Below are positions 41,701 to 53,700 of a stretch of 64,000 nucleotides of DNA, piece after piece. Positions within the stretch are counted from its first letter, which is position 1. Each line of letters begins with the position of its first letter. Origin of the DNA: Rotaria socialis (taxonomy: Eukaryota); NCBI GenBank assembly GCA_905331295.1, contig CAJNYD010000062.1, positions 62,001-126,000 of the forward strand. Direction: 5' to 3'. The notes beneath the pieces are model-generated. The model was not told the DNA's origin. It did no database searches and worked only from the letters and a program-made list of their open reading frames with translations. The position numbers and the translations under genes were made by a program.

Positions 41701-44230
41701 TGATAGAACTGTTTAGAATGTTGAAATATATGAATATTAGTTGTGCATCACGACTGTAGAATTTCAGAATAGGCACATTGTCTTCTGTATATTCATAAAG
41801 AAATGAAGTAAGCAATATTATTAAGCAAAGATCCTGATTCATTCTATCATTTCGGTATAGATATTTGATATAGTAACTGAAGACAATTACTGACATTGTC
41901 CACAAGTAAACTTGTATCTTTCTATGAATTTTTGATCTATAGATTCGAACAGAAAGTCGACCAGATGTAAATTAAAGTAAAACTAAATTTGACTATAAGA
42001 AAGAAATAACTTGTTTGAACCATTCGAAAGTATACCAATTATTACCATGACTATAATTAATAATGCCATTTCTTTTTGACAACTCTTCTGTTTTTGGCAT
42101 GTTCATTATTAGCTGTTCGAAACTTGTGCACCATATTGAATATTTCCTTCAAATATCAAAGTCATTTATGTCTCTTCCATTCAGGTTCAAATAAAAGAAA
42201 TCAATTATAATTCGTTTAGTTTCACGAGAATAAAAAAAATAGAAATTCGAACATCTTACAACCAACCTACCTACTACGATTGAAAGAAATAGAGAAATTT
42301 TCAAGACTCTTACAGTCTATGAATTTTGCTAACAAAACAATTCGCTTTTAATATTTATTCATGATTAGTGTAAAAACAAGCGTTTTAAATCTCATTTTAA
42401 CGAAAAGTACGAGGTTTTTTTAGAGAAAATATTATTTTTCTATTAGTTAAATCGACAAAAATTGATTGAATTTCAACGTGATCTGATCGGTGTTGAAAAT
42501 CTTTCAAATCAATATGATCGCGTAAGATAATAAATGTTTACCTTGAGAAATAAATGTAATTTAAACTTTTATTTTTCAGTTATTCATACGTGAAGGTTGC
42601 CTTCAAAAACTATCAAGAAAAGGCTATCAACAACGAATGTTTTTTCTAGTAAATTAATTATTATATTTAAATGATTTAAAAATGATAATTTTCATCTAGT
42701 TTTCTGATGTTTTACTTTATTGTGCACGTAGTTCCAGTCCAGTACTTAAATTTAAATTACACGGAGAACTTCCATTGAAATCAATGACAGTTCGTATTTT
42801 CTCATGTTTTCTATTTTAAATGTAATAGTTCTTATCTTCTAGGTTGAAGATACTGATGAACGCATTCAAGTTCCAAATTCCATTAGTATCTATGCTGGCA
42901 ATCGCTCATTACTGGTAGCAGCAAGGTATTTTATTAGATCATTTTTAGAATCAACTGGCTTACATATAGCCTTGGATAGAGATTTTATTCAAATTAAAAG
43001 TAGCCATAGGAACATATTTGTTATCTGATTTGAATACAGAAATAATTCAGTAGCTGCATACAGCGTCGACTATTTGCTTGATTGCTGAAGTTTATATTAT
43101 GTTGAATTTTTAGCTCCGATAACTATTTAAGCAAAAAGGAAAATAAATCTTCTACAGTTGATATTGCATCTTTTTTATTCTTAATATGACCGAACGATCT
43201 CTCGCTAATATCGATTGGCTTAGCACAAGCGGATGGATATAGATCATCGATTGAATGTTTTGAAGAAAATTTGTGTTTTTTTGTATAAGCCGGCTTTAGA
43301 TAAGTATGAGTTCGTTCGATTCAACCGTAACTTTCATCTAGTAAATCTTAAAGATCTAAATGAATGAAACGATCTATCATGTCTAGTTATGCTCAATGAC
43401 TGATCAAATCATTACGTTTACATTAGAAAAAAAATCTTGCGTTTATTTTATTCTTCTTCTTTCTTCTAGTTCGGAAACCGAAAAGAATAAATGGCTGTAT
43501 GATTTAAAGTCAGCTATTGCCAGCGTCAAATTGAATAATGAGGATCAGAAAAATCAATATACAGCTACAATCAAATCGAATGGTAAAAAGTGATTAGAAA
43601 AAATTATAAGATTTTATTTTTTAATATTGTTTAGCATCATCTGAAAATCTGGAACATTCTCTAGTTGGTACACTCGATGATGATGATCCTAACCAAATGG
43701 ATCGTTCGAGTTGTCAACATCGTACTGATACAACAATGCATGTATGTTGGCATCGAAATTTATCTGTATCAATAAACGATCATCGGCAAGCAATTAAAAA
43801 TCAACTGAGTGGCTATTTATTGCGTAAATTTAAAAATTCAAATGGTTGGCAGAAGTTATGGGTTGTTTTTACAAATTTTTGTTTATTCTTTTATAAAACT
43901 TTTCAAGTAAATCATCTGGGAGCATCTCCTTTCTTATTCTTCTATAATTTTATTAAATTAAGGATGATTTTCCACTGGCATCATTGCCATTGCTTGGTTA
44001 TCGTAGTTCATTGCCATCAGAAATTGATTGTGTTAATAAAGATTTCGTATTTAAATTACAATTTAAAAATCATGTCTATTTTTTTCGAGCCGAAAGTCAA
44101 TATGCCTTTGATCGGTAAATGTTTCGTTTAGTTCTTCTTTGTTAAGATTTTTATTATTTTTTTCTTCCCATACAGATGGATGGAAGTTGTGTCAAGTGCA
44201 ACGACAACAACGACTAGCCAATTAATTTAG
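32786..44230 (+). CDS. FARP1: FERM, RhoGEF (DH) and PH domain protein, FARP1/FARP2 (CDEP)-like; about 20 exons
   Basis: [186 protein letters not shown] and [51 protein letters not shown]. Stop TAG at 44228-44230. FARP1 vs FARP2 cannot be distinguished here. Confidence 0.93.
35410..35738 (+). mobile_element. Helentron-associated interspersed element (HINE / DINE-1-like), copy 2, in a FARP intron
   Basis: T-run followed by the hairpin gtgtactca-aaaag-tgagtacac (35416-35438) and ctagattcg. The 3' end has the subterminal inverted repeat agtacac (35704-35710), a perfect stem-loop attggat-gcga-atccaat (35717-35734), then T. About 290 bp are shared with 23942-24243. Confidence 0.7.
38457..39748. 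mobile_element. Degenerate non-autonomous DNA transposon with CAC...GTG termini (CMC/Transib-like) in a FARP intron
   Basis: Imperfect TIRs cacgagagcaatg / gcaatgcttcctcgtg. Clustered subterminal motifs tgttcgga/tccgaaca and gatcgtaa occur at both ends. No clear TSD. Confidence 0.45.
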
Positions 44231-44537
44231 CTGATAAAATTCTCATCTGTTTTTCTTTTCAACAATAAGCGGGGAAAAGGGTTATTTTTAGCTTATTTGT
44301 TGTTTTTTATATTCTGTATTGACACTATGTGGTGATTGTTTTAACATTATTCATTGTTTTTTGTTTTGTATAAAACTTCATTGTTGTATTGTTTAAATAC
44401 TATTAGACAAATGGAAAATTTTATTTCTTCTTTGTTTTTTGTGCAATGATATTCATTTTAAAGAAAAATATGAAACGATGTTTTCGAGTGTTACGCTGTC
44501 TTTATACATGTTCATGTTTGTTTGATTTCATTTATAT

Positions 44538-47500
44538 TTAAACAATCATCGGTTCAAATATAGGAGTATTATTAATGACACGTTGAAAACCGAAACGAGT
44601 TAAATCAATTGATTTATATTGAAAATCAGTTATATATTCGGATATTGCACGACCAATAGCAGGTGCATGTTGTAGACCATGTCCACTTGAACCATTTGCA
44701 AAAATAAAATTTTTCTGTTGTGGATGTGGACCAATGATCAGACTAAAGGATCAATTCATTTTATTCAGATTAGTTTTATGTTTTCATTTACTTTTGATCA
44801 AAATAGTTGTAATCATAAAAACCACACCAGGCATTTTTGAGCTAAAACATTTAGAAATAATTTTTATGAGATCTTACTTTCGATTTTAACATCATATATA
44901 GTATTGAAATTTTTTCGGACATTGCAGTTTCTACTATTTATAAAAGGCGGCGGTGCAAAACACTTGTACAACAGCATATAAAAAAATGTTATGTTAATGG
45001 CTCAGTTTAAATCGACAAAGTAATTTTAATAGCCACTGAAATTTCATGAGTATAAAAGGATTGCTTATGTATATGTATAGAACCGTTACAATTAGAATGC
45101 GTTCTGCAAGCTATAAAATATACGCAATAATACTATGTGCAGAGTATCACCTTCTAGTGTTTGATAGTTCTCTATTTTTCTCAGAGAAATTGAACAATTT
45201 CGTTTTCATCTTTTAACTAATCTTTAAATCAATGATTAACTTTCAGTAAACCTTGGTAACCTTGAGATATTTCATTGACATTAATGACATAACATTAGAG
45301 AATGTGACAGTCATTGTTGATATTTGATCAAGGATCATATCTCAATAACGTCTAATTAGAATACATAAATCAGTTCCTTATTCTATCTCGGAAAGATTGA
45401 ATATGAAATGATGCAGAATAAGTTCATTCCAAAATATATTTAGAATAGTGTTGAAAAACTTTAGATAAAACCAAAAGAAAAAACTTTAATGAATCATATT
45501 CAATACTACCAGAGTTCCGTTATGATTCGAAAAAGTGTCTCGCCTATTCAGAGACGATTGATTTCAGAAGCAACAATCTATCGCCAACAATATTATATTA
45601 TCTATTTTTTTTCGATTGTATACTTCATTCTTCTATATGTATTTAAAGGATATAAATGGTGCAATTTTGAAATTCATCTAATGTTTTATACTAATTGTCT
45701 ATATGAAAATTTTATTTTAAGTCTATTTTTACTGTCATCATCTCTATGTTTCAATCTTTTAATTTCATATCTTAACCGCTCAGCAAGAAACATTAGTTGA
45801 GTGTATAAATTGTATCAGGTTGTAGAAAAAATATAAAATTGAACCAAAGCACATTAGTGATACATAAGTCGTTATATTCATAAGACAATAAGTTGCCTCA
45901 GATACAAGACACTAATGTCCTCTAGCGTAAAGATAATTTTAAAAATTATTTCCTTGTACAAGGCAAAGACAAATATTTCTCTCCTTACCTTTAAACTTTC
46001 AAAACTTGGTATACGTTTAGCTAGTGCTGGCCAGATTTGTTCTTCAAATACCGAATAATCAACGGCTAAATTATCTTCTGATTTATCATTTTCCTAGAAT
46101 TCAAAAATATAGTTCATTCGAAGAAAAAACTATTAGATTGTTTTTTGTTTTACTTCATTCGGACTACATCCACAGATATATGTATTGCCTAAGCCTTCAG
46201 GTCGAAAATAAACACCAGTTATATCAACAAATAATGGAGCTAATGGGCCAGGCCCATTCAATGATTCAAATACAAATATATAACGTTTTCTAAATTAATA
46301 AAATAAATATCAAAGAGAGATCGATAAATTCCTCGAACGTTTCAATTATAAATAAATTTAAACATATGCGTATCGATATGCTGCACATCAGTTGTGTTCA
46401 ATTATTTAACTTCAAGTTTATTGAACAAAAATCAACAACCTAGATGTAATGTATAACGTCTCTTACATTTTTATTTTTATGAAAATATGTTACATATTCA
46501 AGAAACAACTAGTTGCATCCATCAGACAAAAAGAAAGAAAAAAAGAATAAATTAATCAGTGTCATCGCCCTTTTTTCTTATGACGTTCGACAAAATGGTG
46601 TGGTGTAGTCAGAGAAATAATGTAACGCTTCAATGATCCTACTTTCGCTTGTTGCATGTATTATTTTTTCTTCTATATATCAATAGCAGTCCTTCAGCCG
46701 ATTGAAAGCAAGGAGAAGATTGCTTTTTCAGAGCTATTTGTCGTTTTAATCAATTTTTAATTTCAATGAATTGTAACTGATGGATGCAGGCGAATCTTCT
46801 ACAACAATAATTAGTGCAAAAAGTACCGTTGATGATAATAGTACACCAGTTAAATCAAAAAAACGCAATAAACGAACTATAATTACTTCAGCTGATATAA
46901 ATGGTGCAATGGAAAATGCAAATGTGTTCACATCATCATCAACAATAAATTCTAATTTCAGAAATAATCAAACAGAATCAGATTTACCAAATCTTGATCG
47001 AACAAGAAAATTCAATGAATATGAAGTAGCTAATGTTGCAGACGAAGATGATGAAGATGAACGTGACAGGCATGTTGTTTCGCAATCATTGAGTCAATCC
47101 ATGACTGACCGTGATAATACAATGGTTTCATCATTTACAACAGGTGGTGATAATGATGTTATTGAAATTCATCAGTTTAGTTCAGCTGATATAGATGCTT
47201 ATCTTGATATTTATTTCGAAACGCTTAATACTCGTTTAAGACGTTATATTGGAGAAAATGAAGAATTACAACAGTTTCGTACAGCAATGAAAGCTCGAAT
47301 AAGTAAAATTCTACAATGATACTTGAGCGAAAAATGATTATTTTTCTTTCTTTCTTTCTTTCTGCCTCTTTATTATTAGATTCAACTCCAAATGCAAGTG
47401 AATATCAAAATGTTCTACTCGGCAAAATAAATGGTGAAGTCTTAGCTGCAGTAACAATGCTATTTCCGAAAGAAACACCAACTATTCCACAAACATCAGA

Positions 47501-50500
47501 TAGTCAACCACGAAGCTCCTGTTTAACACCAGTACATCGTTGGATGGTACGTAAAGCAAATTATGTTCCATCAAACATCGAAGAATGTTACATTGAAATG
47601 ATCGGTGTTAAAAATGCCTATCGAAATCATGGTATTGGCTCTGCTATGCTAGAATGTGTTGAACATTTAGCACGACAAGCTGGTGCTAATATATTAACCG
47701 TACATATAACCGGACAACAAACACAAAGTTTTTTTCAGCGTTTTGGTTTTACTATGGACAATACAGATAGTTCACCATTTTGGAAATGGCTTGTTGAACG
47801 ACAAGCTATCACGAAACTATCAAAAATTCTACCATCGGACGATGAAAATAACGATCAAATCACAAATAGTTATCTCAATGAGAGTATGACTGAAAATGCG
47901 GACGAGGAATAGAATTATTATTTTACTGAAAGAATAAAATGTAAATAAAAGCGAGTTTTTATTACCGTGGTTCTACGGGTAATGCCACTGGATATTCATC
48001 ACTAGCACCAATACCAGCCATTTTTGATACTTCACCTGCCCAAGGACCAGCAGCATTTATGACAAATGCTGTATCCAATGGATATATTTGATTATCTTCA
48101 GCAGATAGAATCTAAACAACATCATTTTGATTCAAATAAATAAAAATGTAATGAGCCATTATTCATGATGATCACTTGGAACTAATACCACAGATAATTG
48201 ATTGCATCAAGAACAGTCACTGTTTTGAATTCATGACATTATACTCATATGATCGAAAGTTGCAAACTTATTGATTGTCTTAGTATGAATTAATTTACGA
48301 AATTTTAAGTTATCCCTGTATTCGATTAAAACTAAGAGAATTGTAACATAAATAAATATTAGCTAATTTAAATTTTTTCTATAATCATTAGAGATAAATT
48401 TTCCAAGTCATTATTCAGTTATCTCATCAGTAAAGATGTACTTTCATTTAGTGTTGGATTTATAATATAATTGAATCTGTTCTGATTTCATAAAAATTTT
48501 CTGTAAGAAACTCCTTACCAAAATCAATATAGATCGTACAGATTCAGAGGCAAAATTTCTACTCGAAGTGGTGATTTAGATTTTCTACAAATCAATCTTA
48601 AAAATAAAGTTTTTATGAACATCAATATCTGTTTTCTGATGAACAATCAGATTCAGAAATATTTTCTTAATTACTCATAGAAAAATCAAACATGATAAAA
48701 TTATAAAACGAAAAATTTTATATTCTATTAGTCTATCATATTTTGATGATAATTAATGACAGAGAAGTGATCAAAAAGAGAAGAATAGCGTATTTTTTAA
48801 AATAATGCTCTATAAATTTTTCATGGATTTGATTATTTGAATGGGTTGTTTTTAGAATTCAGAAGAATATGTAAAAATAATCTTTCAAAACAAACATGGT
48901 ATCTATCAAGTGCTTTTGAACAATTTGTAATCATGACATTGCTCGAAAAACTACAAATCTTTTGTGTTGGCTATAAATTATTCATAGAAGATAGTACAAA
49001 AGCTTTGAAACACTTCATTTTATTCAGAATTTTACTCTCATTAGAAGAATATTTTTAAAATATAATTTCTATACAGTCTTCTTCAACTGAAAACCTACTC
49101 CGTATTCAGAGCACTTCTTGGATTTGAGTTCAATAATGAGCGCCATGTAAAAAGATTTTAAATCATTCCCACAAGCTGTTACATCAATGTAAAATTTAAC
49201 TTACTAGAGCTTTATCCAATTGGTTTTCTACGGTTCCATCAGCCCATACTCTTTTTGCTTTATCAAACCCAACAAGTTCCGCTAGATATTATCAAGAAAC
49301 AAAAACAAATTATCAAACGAATATAAAATTAAAATTATTCTCAATAATTTATTTCTATAAGCAAACCATTAAGGTATAGAACACCAAGTGATAGTGCTTT
49401 TTGCCGAAAAGCAGTCAACAATGCCCATGGATCTAGCCAGCCTTCGTTTTGCACACCTATAAGAAAATTAATCTGAATGAATCGAACGATAAATCGAAAT
49501 TTTTCTTTTACCTAAACAGCCAATTGCGATACCATCTGTGTTCAACCAAGGAAATTGTTTTTTAAGCATAGTTGATGTCAATAGTTTTGATTTTGCTCCT
49601 AATGAACTAAACTATGAATAGGATATATATATCAATGTGGCACAGCTAAAAAAATGTCGAAATTACAAATACTAATGAAGCTGCACGTTTACAAGGTATT
49701 ATGTAAAATTGGGTAAAAATAATGCCGGATGCTCCCCTATTCGTTCGTTTTCTCTCTAATACAAGTAAAACATCATTATTAAGCTCTGGTGAAAAAATTT
49801 TTAGCTTTTTTTCTCTCATTTAAATGAACAGCTACTATCAATAAGGCAAAGAAAGAATGAGAAACGAATACATGAGTGCGTGTTCTTACGTTTGTGTTTG
49901 ATGATTTTCTTCAAAAAGTTTAACACTCTGTTCACTTCCACACAATAAATAGCCATTATGTTGGAAGGAAACAGGTACTGGGTCATCATCTAAATTGAAA
50001 ATAATAATAATAACAACAAAGCTATAAATCCGATTTTACCGAGTATAGATAAATGATCACGAATATGCTTCAAAAATTCAGCACAGTACATAGACATTTG
50101 AATATTTTCTTCCTATGAAATAAAAATTTTTTTTTTTTATTCAAGATTCAGTCATTATCCAATCAATTATTACAAGTGCAAATTGTTGGCGTAAACCACC
50201 AGCAGAAAGAACAGTGCTTGAAGTTGTATACTAAAATTATGAATATTAAATAGAAAGAAATATTTCATTTCCTTTTCTCTTACGTTCCAATCCCGTTCCA
50301 GGACAGTTACTTTGAGATCAGGTGCACGTTGTTTAAGAAAAAATGCTATAGAAGAACCTTTGATAGCACCCTATATTTTAAACATTATGTCAAAACTGCT
50401 ATGAAAAGAAAATATGTTTATATATTTACGCCAATAATAAGAACATCTGTTTCGATAGGAATATTTTTCACCCCTAAAAAAATGAAACATGCATACATTT

Positions 50501-51532
50501 ATATAAAATGATTCCAAAGTTCAGTTTTTATAGAGTTAATATAAATAACTGATTCAACTCTCAAGATTAAATATCGAAAATTTTATCCTAAAACTCATAT
50601 TTACATATTCAATCATATGAATGCCATGCAATAATATTTGGCATTACCGTGGGTCAATCAGTTTAGTATTTTTTTGAAAATCATACAGCAAGATATGAAT
50701 TATCTCACAAAGACTAAAACAAAATTTCCAAGAAATAGGAAAACTAATAAAAAAAATGAAATCTCAATCAGTGCAGTGATCGGCGGCACTGGCTAAAATA
50801 TTTTAATTACTTTTGAAAAATATTTTCTTTGTTTTATGAGATTTCCAAATGAAACGTAGAGAAAATAAATGTAGACAAGATATTTACAAACAATACATAT
50901 TTTGGTTGATGTTAGCCTAATTAAAAGTGGTTCAATCAATTGTATTTGACTTTTAATAAATTTTCATTATGAGTATTATAGAATCGTCCGTACGAAACGA
51001 CTAGTATTGACTAAATCATACACAAATGATTATTTGCCGAATAGTGGAACCATTTGCTCTGCTGCATCAACGATTTCACAAACGAAATAGTCGAATAAAC
51101 AGATCAATTTATTCAGTAATTTTAAAATAAATATAACTGTATTTTGATAACAATAAAAGCATCTAAATCCTATTTGGAACCTTTAAGATATGAGATCAAA
51201 TCCTATATAGTACTAGAACCGTATTCATTTGACACGATATTTAATTGAGAACAATGGTATTTTGGTTTATGTCAAAGTTACTTACGTTTCTCTGTTAGTC
51301 GTTGTCGAATAAAATCGATTTCATTATGTATTCGAGCATCATCAATGCGTTTTATTTGATGAACTGTTTTTTGATTGATTAATGTAAAAGCACGTTTTGG
51401 TGCAGCTATTTCTGATGGCTTTTTTATTGTTAATTCTTTATTTGAATCAATTGTTGTTAACGACGAGTCATTAGAAGCAAAACGTCGTATAAACAATTGA
51501 CTGATAAAGCGTCTACTTAATTTCAACGTCAT
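44538..51532 (-). CDS. FOXRED1: FAD-dependent oxidoreductase domain-containing protein 1 (complex I assembly factor); about 14 exons
   Basis: Arg-rich mitochondrial-type presequence MTLKLSRRFISQLFIRRFAS. Spliced motifs TDVLIIG|GAIKGSSIAFFL..KVTVLERD, YTTSSTVLSAGGLRQQF, EENIQMSMY, HNGYL, KKQFPWLNTDGI, NEGWLDPWALL, VINAAGPWAGEV, LPVEPR|KRYIFVF, DITGVYFRPEG, FEEQIWPALAKRIPSFE, AWCGFYDYNYFDQN, FANGSSGHGLQHAPAIGRAISE, DLTRFGFQR..EPMIV*. Confidence 0.92.
46780..47912 (+). CDS. GNAT-family N-acetyltransferase with a long disordered N-terminus; 2 coding exons (46780-47302, 47380-47912), nested antisense in a FOXRED1 intron
   Basis: Intron ATA A|gtaaaa...ttattag|AT joins two ORFs. Acetyl-CoA-binding motif A CYIEMIGVKNAYRNHGIGSAML and motif B TVHIT..QSFFQRFGF. 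AATAAA signals at about 47933 and 47944. Confidence 0.85.
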
Positions 51533-51801
51533 CTGAATCTATTAGACAAAAACAAAAGTCAAATAAATATCAAAGATGAATATAATTCTACCGATGAGTA
51601 TTCTCTCTATTCATTTCGTATTATCATAAACAACAACAACAATAAGAAAAAACATTTTACCAGACAAATAAAAATTATACAAGCAAAAGACATAAACGAG
51701 AATAAATGTATTAAGAAGAATTGGAACAATTAAAAAAAACGAAAAAGAAGAAAAATTGAGATTGATAAACAAGCACCGGCTATGTGAAAACAATGCTATT
51801 C

Positions 51802-52303
51802 TCATGAAGTGCCAATTTTCTTTCGAAAACGTATATTTTGAAATGGCTTAAAAAATTTCGTTGCTATTATCTGTTTTCGTGGTTTTCCTACTGACGACAC
51901 TGATTGACGATCATCGTTTGATGAATTTATCACTTGAGAATTTCCATCAGATTGTTGTAGTTGATCATCAGACAAAGAATCATTCGTAGAAATCTGACGA
52001 TCAGCATTACCATCAAATAATGATTGTATTTGTTTCGATGGTAAATTATCAAGTGGATCATTCGTATTTGGACGAGTAAAAACTGTTGAATTTCGATATG
52101 CATCAATGATACCATTAGTTGAATATGAATGGAGCAGCGATGAACTGTTTGCAAGATGATCTGTAGATGGACGATTATTCATTGTTAAACGATTTCTTAT
52201 ACCGGTTGATGAATTTGGTTGTTCAAATCCAATATCATACTGACACATTGTATCTTGTTGAGATCCTTGATTTGAATGTATTGGATTTGCAGCAAAACCT
52301 CGA
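51802..52303 (-). CDS. Terminal coding exon of an uncharacterised S/N/Q-rich protein; upstream exons not resolved
   Basis: The open frame extends upstream of the ORF-track Met to the acceptor ttctattag at 52304-52305 (RGFAANPIHSNQGSQQDTMCQYDIG...KFFKPFQNIRFRKKIGTS*). No recognisable domain. Confidence 0.5.
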
Positions 52304-53086
52304 CTAATAGAATTATTAAAAGAAAACCAAATAATAGCATTTCTATTGATAATATATGCTAAGATGTATGAAAAGAATGCTCGACAGTAGAAATCAAAAC
52401 AAGTTTATTTTTGGAACGTGATACTCCATTGAACATTTGAGATAATTTGAACTTGATTTTAATGAAATAAATTTCATTATGGAAAAGAGTTAAAATTATG
52501 GATTTTCAAACATAATAATTGGCTGTTCAAAGTTTCATTTATTAACAGCGACTTTATTGAAGGAAAATCGATCTACTCTTGTAAATTATGTTCGATACAG
52601 AATATGATTGTCTATTTTGAAGAGTATGATTATTGTAGCACTCGATGAACTCTAATGATACTTCCGAGAATATGCATATAACAAAATATTATCTTAAATT
52701 CAAATATTTTATACTTATTTACGCTGTATATTCTTTATTACTGATGAATGTAGTTTATCGATTAGAAAATAACAATTGATGTACTACAGTAGGAAAGACA
52801 TTCACAAGATAGCCGATCGTTTGAGCATTCAACTATTGTCGGTTGCTTATGAATATACAAGCAGACTTTTATCACTATCTTGGTATAAAATTAATTCGAT
52901 ACACATTCAATAGAAAGTTTTACTGACGATTTGTTAGTAATTTCAATTGTATTTGAATTTTACTACAAATTTGTGATGGTTTCATCAATATAGATTTATT
53001 GATATTCGTGCGTAGAAGGCTAAAACGAACAATCGTTTTTAATTGGAAAGGCCATATCTCGACATCTTTGCGGTTTAGTGTAATTG

Positions 53087-53700
53087 TGAGTAACCCCCTC
53101 CCCCCCACCATAAAAGACCCCGGGTCTTCTATTATGTTCCAGCGTAAAAACTTTTCAGGGAGGTCTTGTATAAAGAACCACATTTTTTCCTAATATTTAA
53201 TTTAAAAGGTTTTCCGGAAAACAAAGGTGATTTTCAGAGTTTTAAGGGTGTCATTAGAATTGTGAACATATTCTCTTAATATTTCCAGCTTAAAATGCTA
53301 AGAAGTAGGCATATTTTGATGAAAAAACGCTAATTAAAGTTCGTAATTAGCAAAAAATTAATTAATTAAAGGGGGTCTTCTATTATGTCTGACNNNNNNN
53401 NNNNNNNNNNNNNNNNNNNNNNNNNNNNNNNNNNNNNNNNNNNNNNNNNNNNNNNNNNNNNNNNNNNNNNNNNNNNNNNNNNNNNNNNNNNNNGCGTGCG
53501 GAATTTTCTGTGCGTTTACACGGCTTTAAAGATTTAATACAGATAAAGTGGGCGGCTACACGCACGATAATTCTGGAGTTACGGCGTTTACGCGACCACT
53601 TTTTCCCAGACGCGTTTAAACACTCAGAAAAGGCTACTTTACGGTGGTTACACGCGTGTTTGAGAAAGTTTGTCTGCTTGGGCACAGGTCGATCTTCGTT
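53087..53700. mobile_element. Repeat-derived DNA flanking an assembly gap
   Basis: Locally GC-richer. gggtcttctattatgt occurs twice (about 53121 and 53373), and ttta(c)acg/ttacgcg motifs recur after the gap. Confidence 0.4.

Noticed and set aside
45489..46293. Plus-strand ORFs of 103 aa and 89 aa
   Set aside because: They are intronic AT-rich noise or antisense shadows of FOXRED1 exons.
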